A DNA stretch of 38,817 nucleotides from Mesotaenium endlicherianum (Eukaryota): assembly GCA_009602735.1 (NCBI GenBank), contig WELA01002961.1:1-38817 (forward strand), in the 5' to 3' direction. The position numbers were made by a program, and so were the translations under genes. Positions within the stretch are counted from its first letter, which is position 1, and the number at the start of each line of letters is the position of its first letter. The notes below the pieces were generated by a model, which saw only the letters and a program-made list of their open reading frames with translations, ran no database searches and had not been told where the DNA came from. Below, in pieces: positions 17,858-27,111 of this stretch.

Positions 17858-18538
17858 TTAGATCAGGTAAAAGCAGGTGAATACGAATACCCATACCAGG
17901 TCTACAAAGTGCCAGTACAACCCGGCTTTTTCAATCATCAGGTAATGTCCGCGCTTTTCAAATTTATCCATTAGGGTCATGGTCAGCATCACAATGTTGA
18001 TGATCACACCTGAAAACACGTGGAATCCGTGGAACCCGGTAATGGTAAAGAAGAAATTGGTAAAGTTGGTAGAAGAAGCGGTACCATCATGGTTGATGAA
18101 AGGATTGCGTCCCCACCAGGCGCCTTCATGAAACAGGTGGTTCCACTCCCATGCCTGGCAGCTCAGGAAGGCCAGTCCGCCCAGGATGGTCAGGATCAGG
18201 TTTCTTACCACTCCTTTCTTATCCATTTCATGACCGGCTTTCACCGCCAGTACCATGGTAACCGAACTGATGATCAAAATGAATGTCATGATACTCACAA
18301 ACACCAGCGGCGCATGCACTCCTTCGGAAGCGAAGGGGTAGCTTCTGAACACTTCATTGGGGTCAGGCCAGCCGTTGGTAGAAAAACGGATGGTGCCGTA
18401 AGAGATCAGGAATGCACCAAATGTGAAGGCATCGCTCATTAAGAAATACCACATCATCAATTTTCCATACTCTACGTTGAAGGGACTCTTCCCTCCACCC
18501 CACATTTTGGATGCTGTTGCAGTTGTTGTACTTGACAT
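17858..18538 (-). CDS. ctaE: Cytochrome c oxidase subunit III (second subunit-III-like gene)
   Basis: MWYFLMSD, FFTITGFHGFHV and GLYWHFVDLVW motifs. Confidence 0.9.
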   Translation of the reverse strand: MSSTTTATASKMWGGGKSPFNVEYGKLMMWYFLMSDAFTFGAFLISYGTIRFSTNGWPDPNEVFRSYPFASEGVHAPLVFVSIMTFILIISSVTMVLAVKAGHEMDKKGVVRNLILTILGGLAFLSCQAWEWNHLFHEGAWWGRNPFINHDGTASSTNFTNFFFTITGFHGFHVFSGVIINIVMLTMTLMDKFEKRGHYLMIEKAGLYWHFVDLVWVFVFTCFYLI

Positions 18539-18581
18539 GATTACACTGAAAATTTCGTTACAAAAATATTGGGTACGGTTT

Positions 18582-18610
18582 AAAAAAGCTGCAGAAACCG
18601 CAACTTTTTT
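18582..18610 (-). terminator. Strand-specific hairpin with U-tract between the two subunit III genes
   Basis: Minus strand AAAAAAGUUGCGG-UUU-CUGCAGCUUUUUU pairs fully only through G-U wobbles on this strand. Confidence 0.55.
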
Positions 18611-18615
18611 GGGAT

Positions 18616-19203
18616 CTACCCGATCCAGTTATAAAAAACAAACAAGTATATCCAAAGCGCATCCACAAAGTGCCAGTAAGTGCCGGCTATTTCCAGCGGC
18701 ATACTGTTGTATTGCTTGATGCGTGTGCGGAAAGCCCTTGCAAAGATCACCAGCAGGGCTATTACTCCACCCAGTACGTGCACCATGTGCAGACCGGTGA
18801 TCACAAAGAGAAAAGAAGCCGATGAATTGCTTTTTTCCCCTACCAGCGCAATATGCTGTGCTTCCAGGTTGCGGAAGCCCAGGTACTGCAAGGTGATGAA
18901 TAGGAGTCCCAGCAGGGCCGTGGTGCTGATGAGCATACGGTAACGCCCCATTTCCCTTGCTTTGAAGGCTTTGAGCGCCAGGTGCATGGTGAGGCTGCTT
19001 ACCAGGATCACCGCGGTGGAATACCGGAATATAACCGGCAGCTGGAATTCGAGCCAGTTGCTCTGGTTCTTTTTCACGATATAAGCACTCGTGAGCCCTG
19101 CAAACATCATCACAATACTACCAATGGCCACCCACAAGGTAAACTTGTGCGGGTGCAGCCTTTGCGGCCTATTGGGTTGTTGTATCGCTGTCATCATCAT
19201 CAC
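18616..19203 (-). CDS. ctaE: Cytochrome c oxidase subunit III (first subunit-III-like gene)
   Basis: MMFAGLTSAY, ITGLHMVHV and YWHFVDALW motifs. The exact start among consecutive Met codons is uncertain. Confidence 0.88.
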   Translation of the reverse strand: MMMMTAIQQPNRPQRLHPHKFTLWVAIGSIVMMFAGLTSAYIVKKNQSNWLEFQLPVIFRYSTAVILVSSLTMHLALKAFKAREMGRYRMLISTTALLGLLFITLQYLGFRNLEAQHIALVGEKSNSSASFLFVITGLHMVHVLGGVIALLVIFARAFRTRIKQYNSMPLEIAGTYWHFVDALWIYLFVFYNWIG

Positions 19204-19220
19204 ATTTATTTTATCGCTCT

Positions 19221-20120
19221 TTACAATTTATTTGCCAGCAGCGCCAGCAGTACCACCGGCAGGTAGATATAACTGCTGAACATCACGCGCCTGGCAGATT
19301 TCACGTCCATTCCCTTATACAGTCGCAGGCATTGTACCACCATGAACAGGTTACATACAAGTACAATCCACATACTGGTCTTTCCTGCTATGCCAAAATA
19401 ATAAGGTAATATGCCTACGGGTATCATCAGCACAGCATACATCACTGTTTGCATGGCGGTGAACCTCGTTGGACCTTTATCGGAAGGCAGCAGTTTGAAT
19501 CCAGCCTTGCTGTAATCGGTATGCGCTACCCAGGCAATGGCCCAAAAATGCGGGAATTGCCAGAGGAACTGTATGCCAAACAAGGCCCATCCTCCTGCAC
19601 TGAAATCATCGTTGCCCGCCACCCAGCCAATCAGGCAGGGCAGTGCGCCGGGAAAAGCTCCTACCAGCACGGCAATGGAGTTGATCTTTTTCAGCGGCGT
19701 ATAGATATAGGCATAGAGGAATAAACTGAAGGCAGATAACAAGGCAGAAGAGCCGTTGAAAAAATACCACATCATCAACACACCCAATATTCCTGCGATG
19801 AGTGCAAAAGTATAGGCTTCCTGCTGCGACATGCGGCCACTGGCCACAGGGCGCCTGGCAGTTCTCTTCATCACTGCATCGGTATCTTTTTCAACGGCCT
19901 GGTTAATGGCATTGGCGCTGCCGGTGATGAGCATGCCGGCTATGAAAAGCAGCAATATCATCCACCAGTTGTATTCCACCACTTTGGGTGCCAGCAGGTA
20001 GCAAATAACACAGGAGAACACTACTGTCAAGCTCAGTGTGAACTTGGTCAGCTGCATGTAATCTTTCAACCTGGCTGACAGGGAGAAAGGAGCAGGTGTT
20101 GATGCGTCTGTTGCAACCAT
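19221..20120 (-). CDS. cyoE: Protoheme IX farnesyltransferase (heme O synthase)
   Basis: NQAVEKDTDAVMKRTARRP, YTPLK, GAFPGALP and WQFPHFWAIAW motifs. Confidence 0.95.
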   Translation of the reverse strand: MVATDASTPAPFSLSARLKDYMQLTKFTLSLTVVFSCVICYLLAPKVVEYNWWMILLLFIAGMLITGSANAINQAVEKDTDAVMKRTARRPVASGRMSQQEAYTFALIAGILGVLMMWYFFNGSSALLSAFSLFLYAYIYTPLKKINSIAVLVGAFPGALPCLIGWVAGNDDFSAGGWALFGIQFLWQFPHFWAIAWVAHTDYSKAGFKLLPSDKGPTRFTAMQTVMYAVLMIPVGILPYYFGIAGKTSMWIVLVCNLFMVVQCLRLYKGMDVKSARRVMFSSYIYLPVVLLALLANKL

Positions 20121-20124
20121 ATCA

Positions 20125-21939
20125 TCAGTGGTGTTCGCTTTCGTCAGATCCTACCGGGGTGGTTTGCGGAATGAAATCTTTTCCATCCTTACCATAGTCA
20201 TAAGCCCAACGGTGTACTTCAGGTATTTCGCCGGTCCAGTTACCATGACCAGGACGGATAGGAGCTGTCCACTCAAGTGTGGTAGCACCCCATGGGTTCT
20301 GTGAAGTCACTTTCCTGCCTTTGAAAATAGAATAGAAGAAGTTGAACAGGAACAGGATTTGCACAGCGAATACGATCATCGCCACGGTGCTGATGAACCT
20401 GTTCAGTTCCACGAATTGTTTAAAACTTTCCCAGTTGCTGTAGTCGTAGTAACGACGTGGCATACCGGCCAGACCCTGGTAGTGCATGGGCCAGAAAATC
20501 ATGTAAGCACCGGCGATGGTTACCCAGAAGTGGATGTAACCCAGTGTATTGTTCAGGTAACGTCCGTACATTTTGGGGTACCAGTGGTATACACCGGCAA
20601 ACATACCGAACATGGAAGCCACACCCATTACAATATGGAAGTGAGCGATCACAAAATACGTATCGTGCAGGTGGATATCCAGTGCTGAGTTACCCAGCCA
20701 GATACCGGTTAATCCACCGGAGATGAACAGGCTTACAAAGCCGATAGCGAACATCATACCGGGTGTGAAGCGGATATTACCGCGCCACAATGTGGTGAGC
20801 CAGTTGAAAACTTTGATGGCCGAAGGAACCGCGATCAACAGGGTAAGCAATACGAATACCGATCCGAGGAAGGGGTTCAATCCCGTTACGAACATGTGGT
20901 GCGCCCATACCAGGAAGGCCAGGATAGCGATAGCGAACAGCGATCCCACCATGGCCATATAACCGAAGATGGGTTTGCGTGAATTGATGGATAATATCTC
21001 CGATACCATACCCATGGCCGGTAAGAGAATGATGTATACTTCGGGGTGTCCCAGGAACCAGAACAAGTGCTGGTACAGGATGGCGCTACCGCCTTCATTA
21101 GGCAATGCACCCACACCACTGACGAAGATATCTGATAAATAGAAGCTTGTTCCGAAGTTACGGTCGAATATCAGCAGGATGAAGCCTGATAACAATACGG
21201 GGAATGACAACACACCCAGTACGGCAGTGAAGAACAGGGCCCAGATGGTCAATGGCAAACGGGTCATGCTCATGCCTTTGGTACGCATGTTCAGGATGGT
21301 AGCGATATAGTTCAAACCACCAAGCAGCGACGATACCACGAAGAGGGCCATGGCAATCAGCCATAGATCCATACCCGTTTTAGAACCGGGCGAAGCCGAC
21401 CCCAGTGCGCTCAACGGAGGATAAGCTGTCCAGCCACCGCTGAAAGGACCTGTTTCAACAAACAGGGAAGACAACATCACCACGCTGGCGATGAAGAAGA
21501 ACCAGTAGCTCAGCATATTCATAAAAGGAGAAGCCATGTCTCTAGCTCCTACCTGCAGGGGAATGAGGAAGTTGGCAAAGGTTCCGCTCAAGCCTGCTGT
21601 CAATACAAAGAACACCAGTACGGTACCGTGCGTGGTAACCAGTGCGTAGTATGCAGAGTCAGAAATACGTCCGCCTTTGGCCCATTTACCCAGGATATCT
21701 TCCAGCCAGGGGAAAGTGGCATCGGGATAACCCAGTTGCAAACGGAACAACACACTCATCAAACCACCCAGTACAGCCCAAACCATACCGGTGATCAGGA
21801 ACTGCTTCGCGATCATTTTATGATCCTGGCTGAACACATATTTGGTGATGAAAGTCTCATGATGATGATGCTCGTGATGATCGCCATGAACCTCATGCGC
21901 CAGTCCCGGATGTGCATGCACTACTGCTTCGTTACTCAT
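20125..21939 (-). CDS. ctaD: Cytochrome c oxidase subunit I (A1-type heme-copper oxidase)
   Basis: TTHGT, WFLGHPEVY, WAHHM, HDTYFVIAHFH and GMPRRY motifs. Confidence 0.97.
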   Translation of the reverse strand: MSNEAVVHAHPGLAHEVHGDHHEHHHHETFITKYVFSQDHKMIAKQFLITGMVWAVLGGLMSVLFRLQLGYPDATFPWLEDILGKWAKGGRISDSAYYALVTTHGTVLVFFVLTAGLSGTFANFLIPLQVGARDMASPFMNMLSYWFFFIASVVMLSSLFVETGPFSGGWTAYPPLSALGSASPGSKTGMDLWLIAMALFVVSSLLGGLNYIATILNMRTKGMSMTRLPLTIWALFFTAVLGVLSFPVLLSGFILLIFDRNFGTSFYLSDIFVSGVGALPNEGGSAILYQHLFWFLGHPEVYIILLPAMGMVSEILSINSRKPIFGYMAMVGSLFAIAILAFLVWAHHMFVTGLNPFLGSVFVLLTLLIAVPSAIKVFNWLTTLWRGNIRFTPGMMFAIGFVSLFISGGLTGIWLGNSALDIHLHDTYFVIAHFHIVMGVASMFGMFAGVYHWYPKMYGRYLNNTLGYIHFWVTIAGAYMIFWPMHYQGLAGMPRRYYDYSNWESFKQFVELNRFISTVAMIVFAVQILFLFNFFYSIFKGRKVTSQNPWGATTLEWTAPIRPGHGNWTGEIPEVHRWAYDYGKDGKDFIPQTTPVGSDESEHH

Positions 21940-21970
21940 ACAAATATTCTTTAAGTTCTAACTTCTGTTT

Positions 21971-23047
21971 TTACATCTTTGCTGTGCTCTTCACAGCAGT
22001 TGCCTCTGTTTTTGCAGCAGCTGTTTTGGTGCTGTCTGCGGCCGGTTTGGCATTGGCCGGGTCTTTGTCAGGGAAAGCGGTCAGGTAAGCTGATTTTTGT
22101 TTAGCCATCCATACATCAAACTCTTCCTGGTCTACCACTTCTATGGAGCCTTTCATGGAGTAATGTCCATTACCGCACATCTGGTCACAACTGAGCTCGT
22201 AAACGAAATTGGGGTTGCCGGTAATTTCACGCATTTCTTTGGTGGTGTACTTGGGGGTAAACCACAGTGTAGTAGGTGTACCGGGTACCGCATCCATTTT
22301 CATCCTGAACTGGGGCAGACCTACATCGTGTACTACATCTCTTGAACCTATGATCAATTTAACCGGTCTTCCTTTTACGAGATACATGGTCTGTGCAACC
22401 ACATCGTCGTGACCCATTGCATCATCCCATAACAACCCAAGGGGGTTATTGTTCGCATCGTCGATGTTCCTGAAATATTTTTTACCAAAAGTGCCGTCTT
22501 TTCCTGGGTAACGGTACATCCAGTTGAACTGGCGGCCGGTTACTTCCACTACCATGGCATTTTTAGGAGGTTCTCCGGTGAATAAGAACCAGTTACGCAA
22601 GCCAATCACCACCAATATGGTCAGTGTTACGGCCGGGATGATGGTCCAGATCAACTCCAGGGTATTGCTATGCGGGAAGAAATGCGCTTTGCGGTTTTCT
22701 TTTTCCTGGTATTTATACGCAAACCAGAAAAGTAATACCTGGGTAAGGATGAATACCAATCCGGTTAAAGCCAATGTAACCCATAACATAGAGTCTACCC
22801 GCTCCCCTTCAACGCTGGCAGAGCCATGCGGCAATAAGGTTTTACCATACAATTCCTTGTTGCAGTACCACACACCTATGAGGCCCAGCACCAGGAAGGC
22901 GAGCATGAGAAAGCCATTGATCTTGTTGTTCTGCTTGCGGCTGGTTTCCGCACCTTTCAATACTGCTACATATTCGCTGGCTTTGGCAATCTGGAAGATC
23001 ACAACAAAAATCAGCACGATCACAGCTATGGTTAAAAACATTGTCAT
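21971..23047 (-). CDS. ctaC: Cytochrome c oxidase subunit II (CuA)
   Basis: LELIWTIIP, QFNWMYRY, DVVH, MDAVPG and CDQMCGNGHYSM CuA motif. Confidence 0.95.
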   Translation of the reverse strand: MTMFLTIAVIVLIFVVIFQIAKASEYVAVLKGAETSRKQNNKINGFLMLAFLVLGLIGVWYCNKELYGKTLLPHGSASVEGERVDSMLWVTLALTGLVFILTQVLLFWFAYKYQEKENRKAHFFPHSNTLELIWTIIPAVTLTILVVIGLRNWFLFTGEPPKNAMVVEVTGRQFNWMYRYPGKDGTFGKKYFRNIDDANNNPLGLLWDDAMGHDDVVAQTMYLVKGRPVKLIIGSRDVVHDVGLPQFRMKMDAVPGTPTTLWFTPKYTTKEMREITGNPNFVYELSCDQMCGNGHYSMKGSIEVVDQEEFDVWMAKQKSAYLTAFPDKDPANAKPAADSTKTAAAKTEATAVKSTAKM

Positions 23048-23095
23048 AACGCTATCAATATTTTCTTAATTCTAACAAATACGCTTCTATACGGT

Positions 23096-24325
23096 TTATA
23101 CCACGTGAATAACACTCTCTTTGATGAAGGGATGGTGTTTCTGCACCAGCGGCTTGCTGGCCAGTGACTTCCCTACAAAATATATCATCATGCCCACAAA
23201 CAAACTCAGGATACCAAAATCCAGCCAACCCAGGGTTACATGATCCTTTGACACACTACCCATTACCATCTGGTAGAAATCGATCCAGTGTCCGAAGAGG
23301 ATCAACACCGCCATAAAAGTCATCAGGGTATAATTTCTTTTTGCAGAACGTTTCATCAGTATCAGTATCGGGCATACAAAGTTGATGATCAGATTCAGGA
23401 AGAAAATCCCTTTATAAGGCCCCTGTACACGGTGTTTGAAATAAACAGTCTCTTCAGGAATGTTTGCATACCAGATCAGCATATACTGTGCAAACCAGAG
23501 GTAAGTCCAGAAGATAGAGAAGGCGAACATGAATTTACCGAGATCCTGCAGGTGTTCCTGGTTGGTGAGTTCCAGGTAACCTTTGTTTTTGAGATAGATC
23601 ACCCACAATGCGATCAATGACATGCCCGATACGAATGAACTGGCGAAAGTATACCAGCTGTACATGGTAGAATACCAGTGTGCATCGATGCTCATCATCC
23701 ACAACCAGGGAACGGTAGAACCTACGGTGAGGGCGAACCAAACAATGAACAATGCCGCGCGGATGGTGCCTCTCCAGATGAAGCTGGCGCCCTGTTCTGC
23801 ATCCATCGGCTCATCTGCTTCATTACCCAGTTGACGCATCCTCCAGCCCAGCAGGCTCCAGAAGCCCAGGGTGAGGGTGGTCCAGATGATGAAAAACTTA
23901 GGGTTCAGGAAACCTGATTTTCCTTTCAACAAAGAATCGTTGGCAACGGCATCGCTGTCGAGCCAGTGGTAGATATGGTGTTTGTTGCCCAGTACCACAT
24001 AAAGCAGTACTACAAAAGTGATAGATCCGAAAATAGGCACCATCGTAGAGATCGCTTCACAAACGCGACGGAACGTTTGCTCCCATCCGCCCATGGCCAA
24101 TGTGGTAGCACAGATAAAGAACATGCTCGCATTGCAGATCATGGTCCAGAAGATGGTATTGTACATCAATGTACCCCAGAAATGCGCCTGCTCGTGTTCA
24201 TCGCTGCTCAAACCTTTGGTTGCCAGTCCGATCACCAATGCAACCAACCCAATGCCGATGAGCGACAATGACCAGGTTTTCATTTTTCCGGGAATCTCAA
24301 ATTGCGTTCTGATAGATGATGCCAT
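23096..24325 (-). CDS. actF: Alternative complex III subunit ActF (NrfD-like membrane subunit)
   Basis: About 10 TM helices, HWYSTMYSW, DLGKFMFAFS and QYMLIWYANIPEE motifs; gene order. Confidence 0.92.
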   Translation of the reverse strand: MASSIRTQFEIPGKMKTWSLSLIGIGLVALVIGLATKGLSSDEHEQAHFWGTLMYNTIFWTMICNASMFFICATTLAMGGWEQTFRRVCEAISTMVPIFGSITFVVLLYVVLGNKHHIYHWLDSDAVANDSLLKGKSGFLNPKFFIIWTTLTLGFWSLLGWRMRQLGNEADEPMDAEQGASFIWRGTIRAALFIVWFALTVGSTVPWLWMMSIDAHWYSTMYSWYTFASSFVSGMSLIALWVIYLKNKGYLELTNQEHLQDLGKFMFAFSIFWTYLWFAQYMLIWYANIPEETVYFKHRVQGPYKGIFFLNLIINFVCPILILMKRSAKRNYTLMTFMAVLILFGHWIDFYQMVMGSVSKDHVTLGWLDFGILSLFVGMMIYFVGKSLASKPLVQKHHPFIKESVIHVV

Positions 24326-24356
24326 CGTTAATCTTTTATTTTGATCCTCTGATTAG

Positions 24357-24989
24357 TTATTTTTTCGCGGTTGCATCGGCTGCCGGAGCAGCTGCTGCAG
24401 CTTTAGCCGCCAGTTGTTTGTTCTTAATGTATTTGATTACCATCCAGCGCTGTTTGCGAGTCAGTTGAGAAGCATAAGAACCCATCATGTTCTTCCCATA
24501 AGAAACTGAATAGAACATCTGTCCTTCCGGCATCACAGAAACCACCGGGTCTCCGATAAAATTCTTGGGTGCAGCCGGATAAGGTCCTTCACCTCCTTTA
24601 TACAGCGGTCCGTTACCATCCAGTTTGGTACCATGGCAGATACCGCAGTTGATCTGGTACAAACGCTCCGCCTCTTTTGCATCGGTAGCTGATAACGAAT
24701 CGAAAGGACTCTTCACCTGCTTAGATGCAACATAGTTGGTAGTATCGGTACCCTGGTCTTTGGCATAAGGGAAAGGCATTTCCTCTTCACGTGCAATGGT
24801 TCCTGCTACCGGCCTGTTGTCGAAATTGATACCCTTTTCTGCCAGGTTACTGTGGTCTGCATAGGTTTCATACGCGCGGCTATAAGCCATATCGGGCATA
24901 TAAATATGTCCGGGTGTGCGTTTTACATCGCTACAGCTTACAATCACTGTGGCGGCAGACAAAACAGCTATGATAGATAATTTATTCAT
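24357..24989 (-). CDS. actE: Alternative complex III monoheme cytochrome c lipoprotein ActE
   Basis: Lipobox VIVSC, YMPDM, CGICH and MGSYA. Confidence 0.92.
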   Translation of the reverse strand: MNKLSIIAVLSAATVIVSCSDVKRTPGHIYMPDMAYSRAYETYADHSNLAEKGINFDNRPVAGTIAREEEMPFPYAKDQGTDTTNYVASKQVKSPFDSLSATDAKEAERLYQINCGICHGTKLDGNGPLYKGGEGPYPAAPKNFIGDPVVSVMPEGQMFYSVSYGKNMMGSYASQLTRKQRWMVIKYIKNKQLAAKAAAAAPAADATAKK

Positions 24990-25007
24990 CGTCGTTCTAT
25001 ATTGTAA

Positions 25008-25598
25008 TTAAGCAACTACTGCTTGCTTGGTTTCAAAAGGCATTTCATCTTTATCGTACCTGCCCAGCCACCAGCCGGTTTCTGCTACCTGTACATCGGT
25101 CTCTACAGCGCCGTTGCTGTGCAGGAATGAACGCAGGTCGTCTACATTGGTCTTGTCGGTACACTCGATCACCATTACAAACAGATCGTCTGTAGCGCGT
25201 GGGTGGAAATGGTGTTTCTTCACAAAAGGCGCTATCTGGCAGAGATAGCAGAATGTGAGTACCATGCCCACAGCCGAGAACAATACCGTCAGCTCGAACG
25301 TAATGGGAATCCAGGCCGGCAAAGCGAAGTGTGGCTTACCGCCGAAGTTCAGAGGCCAGTCCTTGGCCAGGATCCAGGAGATACCGCTCAATGCCGTGGT
25401 GGTACCAGTGATACCATAAATGAAACCGGCGGTATGCAGACTGGTTTCCCTGATGCCCAACGCATGGTCCAGGCCATGTACAGCAAAGGGCGTGTACACA
25501 TCGTGTATCTTGTAACCTGCGGTGCGTACTTTTTTCACTGCAGGAAACAGAACCGCTTCATCATCAAAACAGCCTACTACGAATTTCTTTTTTGCCAT
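25008..25598 (-). CDS. actD: Alternative complex III subunit ActD (DUF3341)
   Basis: VYTPFAVHGLD, WPLNFGGKP and PITFELTVL motifs. Confidence 0.92.
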   Translation of the reverse strand: MAKKKFVVGCFDDEAVLFPAVKKVRTAGYKIHDVYTPFAVHGLDHALGIRETSLHTAGFIYGITGTTTALSGISWILAKDWPLNFGGKPHFALPAWIPITFELTVLFSAVGMVLTFCYLCQIAPFVKKHHFHPRATDDLFVMVIECTDKTNVDDLRSFLHSNGAVETDVQVAETGWWLGRYDKDEMPFETKQAVVA

Positions 25599-25622
25599 GT
25601 ATTTCAGTTTACATTCTTATGC

Positions 25623-27065
25623 TTAGTGATGCGCTTGTTCGTGCGCAAAATGTTCCAGGCTCTGTTCTTCTATAGGTGTCATCTTCGCCTTATAATTTTC
25701 TCCCGTTGTCTTCAGCACGTACTTGATCTCGGCAATGGCTATCACAGGGAAATATTTAGCGAATAAGAAGAAGCAGGTGAAGAACAATCCGAAGGTTCCG
25801 GCGTAGAAGCCGACCTCCCAAATAGTTGGACTGTAATACACAGACCAGCTGGAAGGCAGGTAGTCGCGGTACAGTGATGTTACGATGATCACGAAACGCT
25901 CGAACCACATACCGATGTTCACGATGATACTCATGAAGAAGGTTACGAACAGGTTCCTTCTCATTTTGCGGAACCAGAATATCTGCGGACTCAATACATT
26001 ACAAGCCATCATGCCCCAGTAGCTCCAGCCATAAGGACTGAACAGGTAAGCACGGCTGTACCAGAAGGTATACCCTTCGTATTTATTCTGGCTGTACCAG
26101 CCCATGAACAATTCTGTTAAGTATGCCACACCCACAATGGAACCCGTTAACACAATTACTTTGTTCATCGCTTCAATGTGTCCCATGGTAATGTAATCCT
26201 GCAGTCCAAACACTTTACGTACCACCAGCAACAAGGTTTGTGTCATCGCAAAACCAGAGAAGATCGCACCAGCAACGAAGTAGGGTGGGAAGATGGTGGT
26301 ATGCCATCCGGGTATCACTGAAGTGGCGAAGTCGAACGATACGATGGTGTGTACAGAAAGTACCAGCGGCGTACTCAAACCGGCAAGTACCAGTGATAAG
26401 CTTTCATGACGCTGCCAGTGTTTGGTAGAACCGCTCCATCCGAATGAAGCGATACCGTATAAGCGTTTGCGCAGTTTGGTAAAGGCGCGGTCGCGGATGG
26501 TACCGAAGTCGGGAATCAGACCGGAATACCAGAACAGCAAGGATACGGTGAAGTATGTAGAGATCGCAAACACGTCCCACAACAGGGGCGAGTTGAAGTT
26601 CACCCACAGTGGTCCGCGTGTATTGGGATAAGGTAATACGAAGAAAGCCATCCACACACGACCCATGTGGAAGATAGGGAACTGTCCGGCACACATTACC
26701 GCGAAGATGGTCATCGCTTCAGCCGCACGGTTCACCCCTGTTCTCCATCCCTGGCGGAACAGCAACAGGATCGCAGAGATCAGCGTACCGGCGTGACCGA
26801 TACCCACCCACCATACGAAGTTGGTGATGTCCCAGCCCCAACCGATCGTTTTATTCAGGTTCCACTGCCCGATACCGTAGGTTACATCCCGGTAAACACT
26901 GTACACTCCAAACATCAGTAAGGCAACAGCAGTGAAGAACCCTATATACCACAACCTCGGCGGTTTGGCTTCAATAGGGCGAACAATGTCTTCCGTTACC
27001 TGGTGATAATTCTTATCACCATTCACTAACGGTTCCCTGAGCTGTGATTCATACTTTAAATGCAT
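25623..27065 (-). CDS. actC: Alternative complex III quinol-binding subunit ActC (NrfD/PsrC family)
   Basis: ITNFVWWVGIGHAGTLISA, HMGRVW, SPLLWD, SVHTIVSFDF and GMWFER motifs. Confidence 0.95.
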   Translation of the reverse strand: MHLKYESQLREPLVNGDKNYHQVTEDIVRPIEAKPPRLWYIGFFTAVALLMFGVYSVYRDVTYGIGQWNLNKTIGWGWDITNFVWWVGIGHAGTLISAILLLFRQGWRTGVNRAAEAMTIFAVMCAGQFPIFHMGRVWMAFFVLPYPNTRGPLWVNFNSPLLWDVFAISTYFTVSLLFWYSGLIPDFGTIRDRAFTKLRKRLYGIASFGWSGSTKHWQRHESLSLVLAGLSTPLVLSVHTIVSFDFATSVIPGWHTTIFPPYFVAGAIFSGFAMTQTLLLVVRKVFGLQDYITMGHIEAMNKVIVLTGSIVGVAYLTELFMGWYSQNKYEGYTFWYSRAYLFSPYGWSYWGMMACNVLSPQIFWFRKMRRNLFVTFFMSIIVNIGMWFERFVIIVTSLYRDYLPSSWSVYYSPTIWEVGFYAGTFGLFFTCFFLFAKYFPVIAIAEIKYVLKTTGENYKAKMTPIEEQSLEHFAHEQAHH

Positions 27066-27082
27066 CTGATCTATTTTTTTAT

Positions 27083-27102
27083 CCCTGGGCTTAAGCCCAG
27101 GG
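27083..27102. repeat. Perfect 20-bp palindrome (REP-like) between actB and actC
   Basis: CCCTGGGCTTAAGCCCAGGG is its own reverse complement. Confidence 0.7.
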
Positions 27103-27111
27103 CAAATTTTA

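Noticed and set aside
15866..23047. Absence of heme A synthase (ctaA) from the oxidase cluster
   Set aside because: It is commonly encoded elsewhere; absence cannot be judged from one window.
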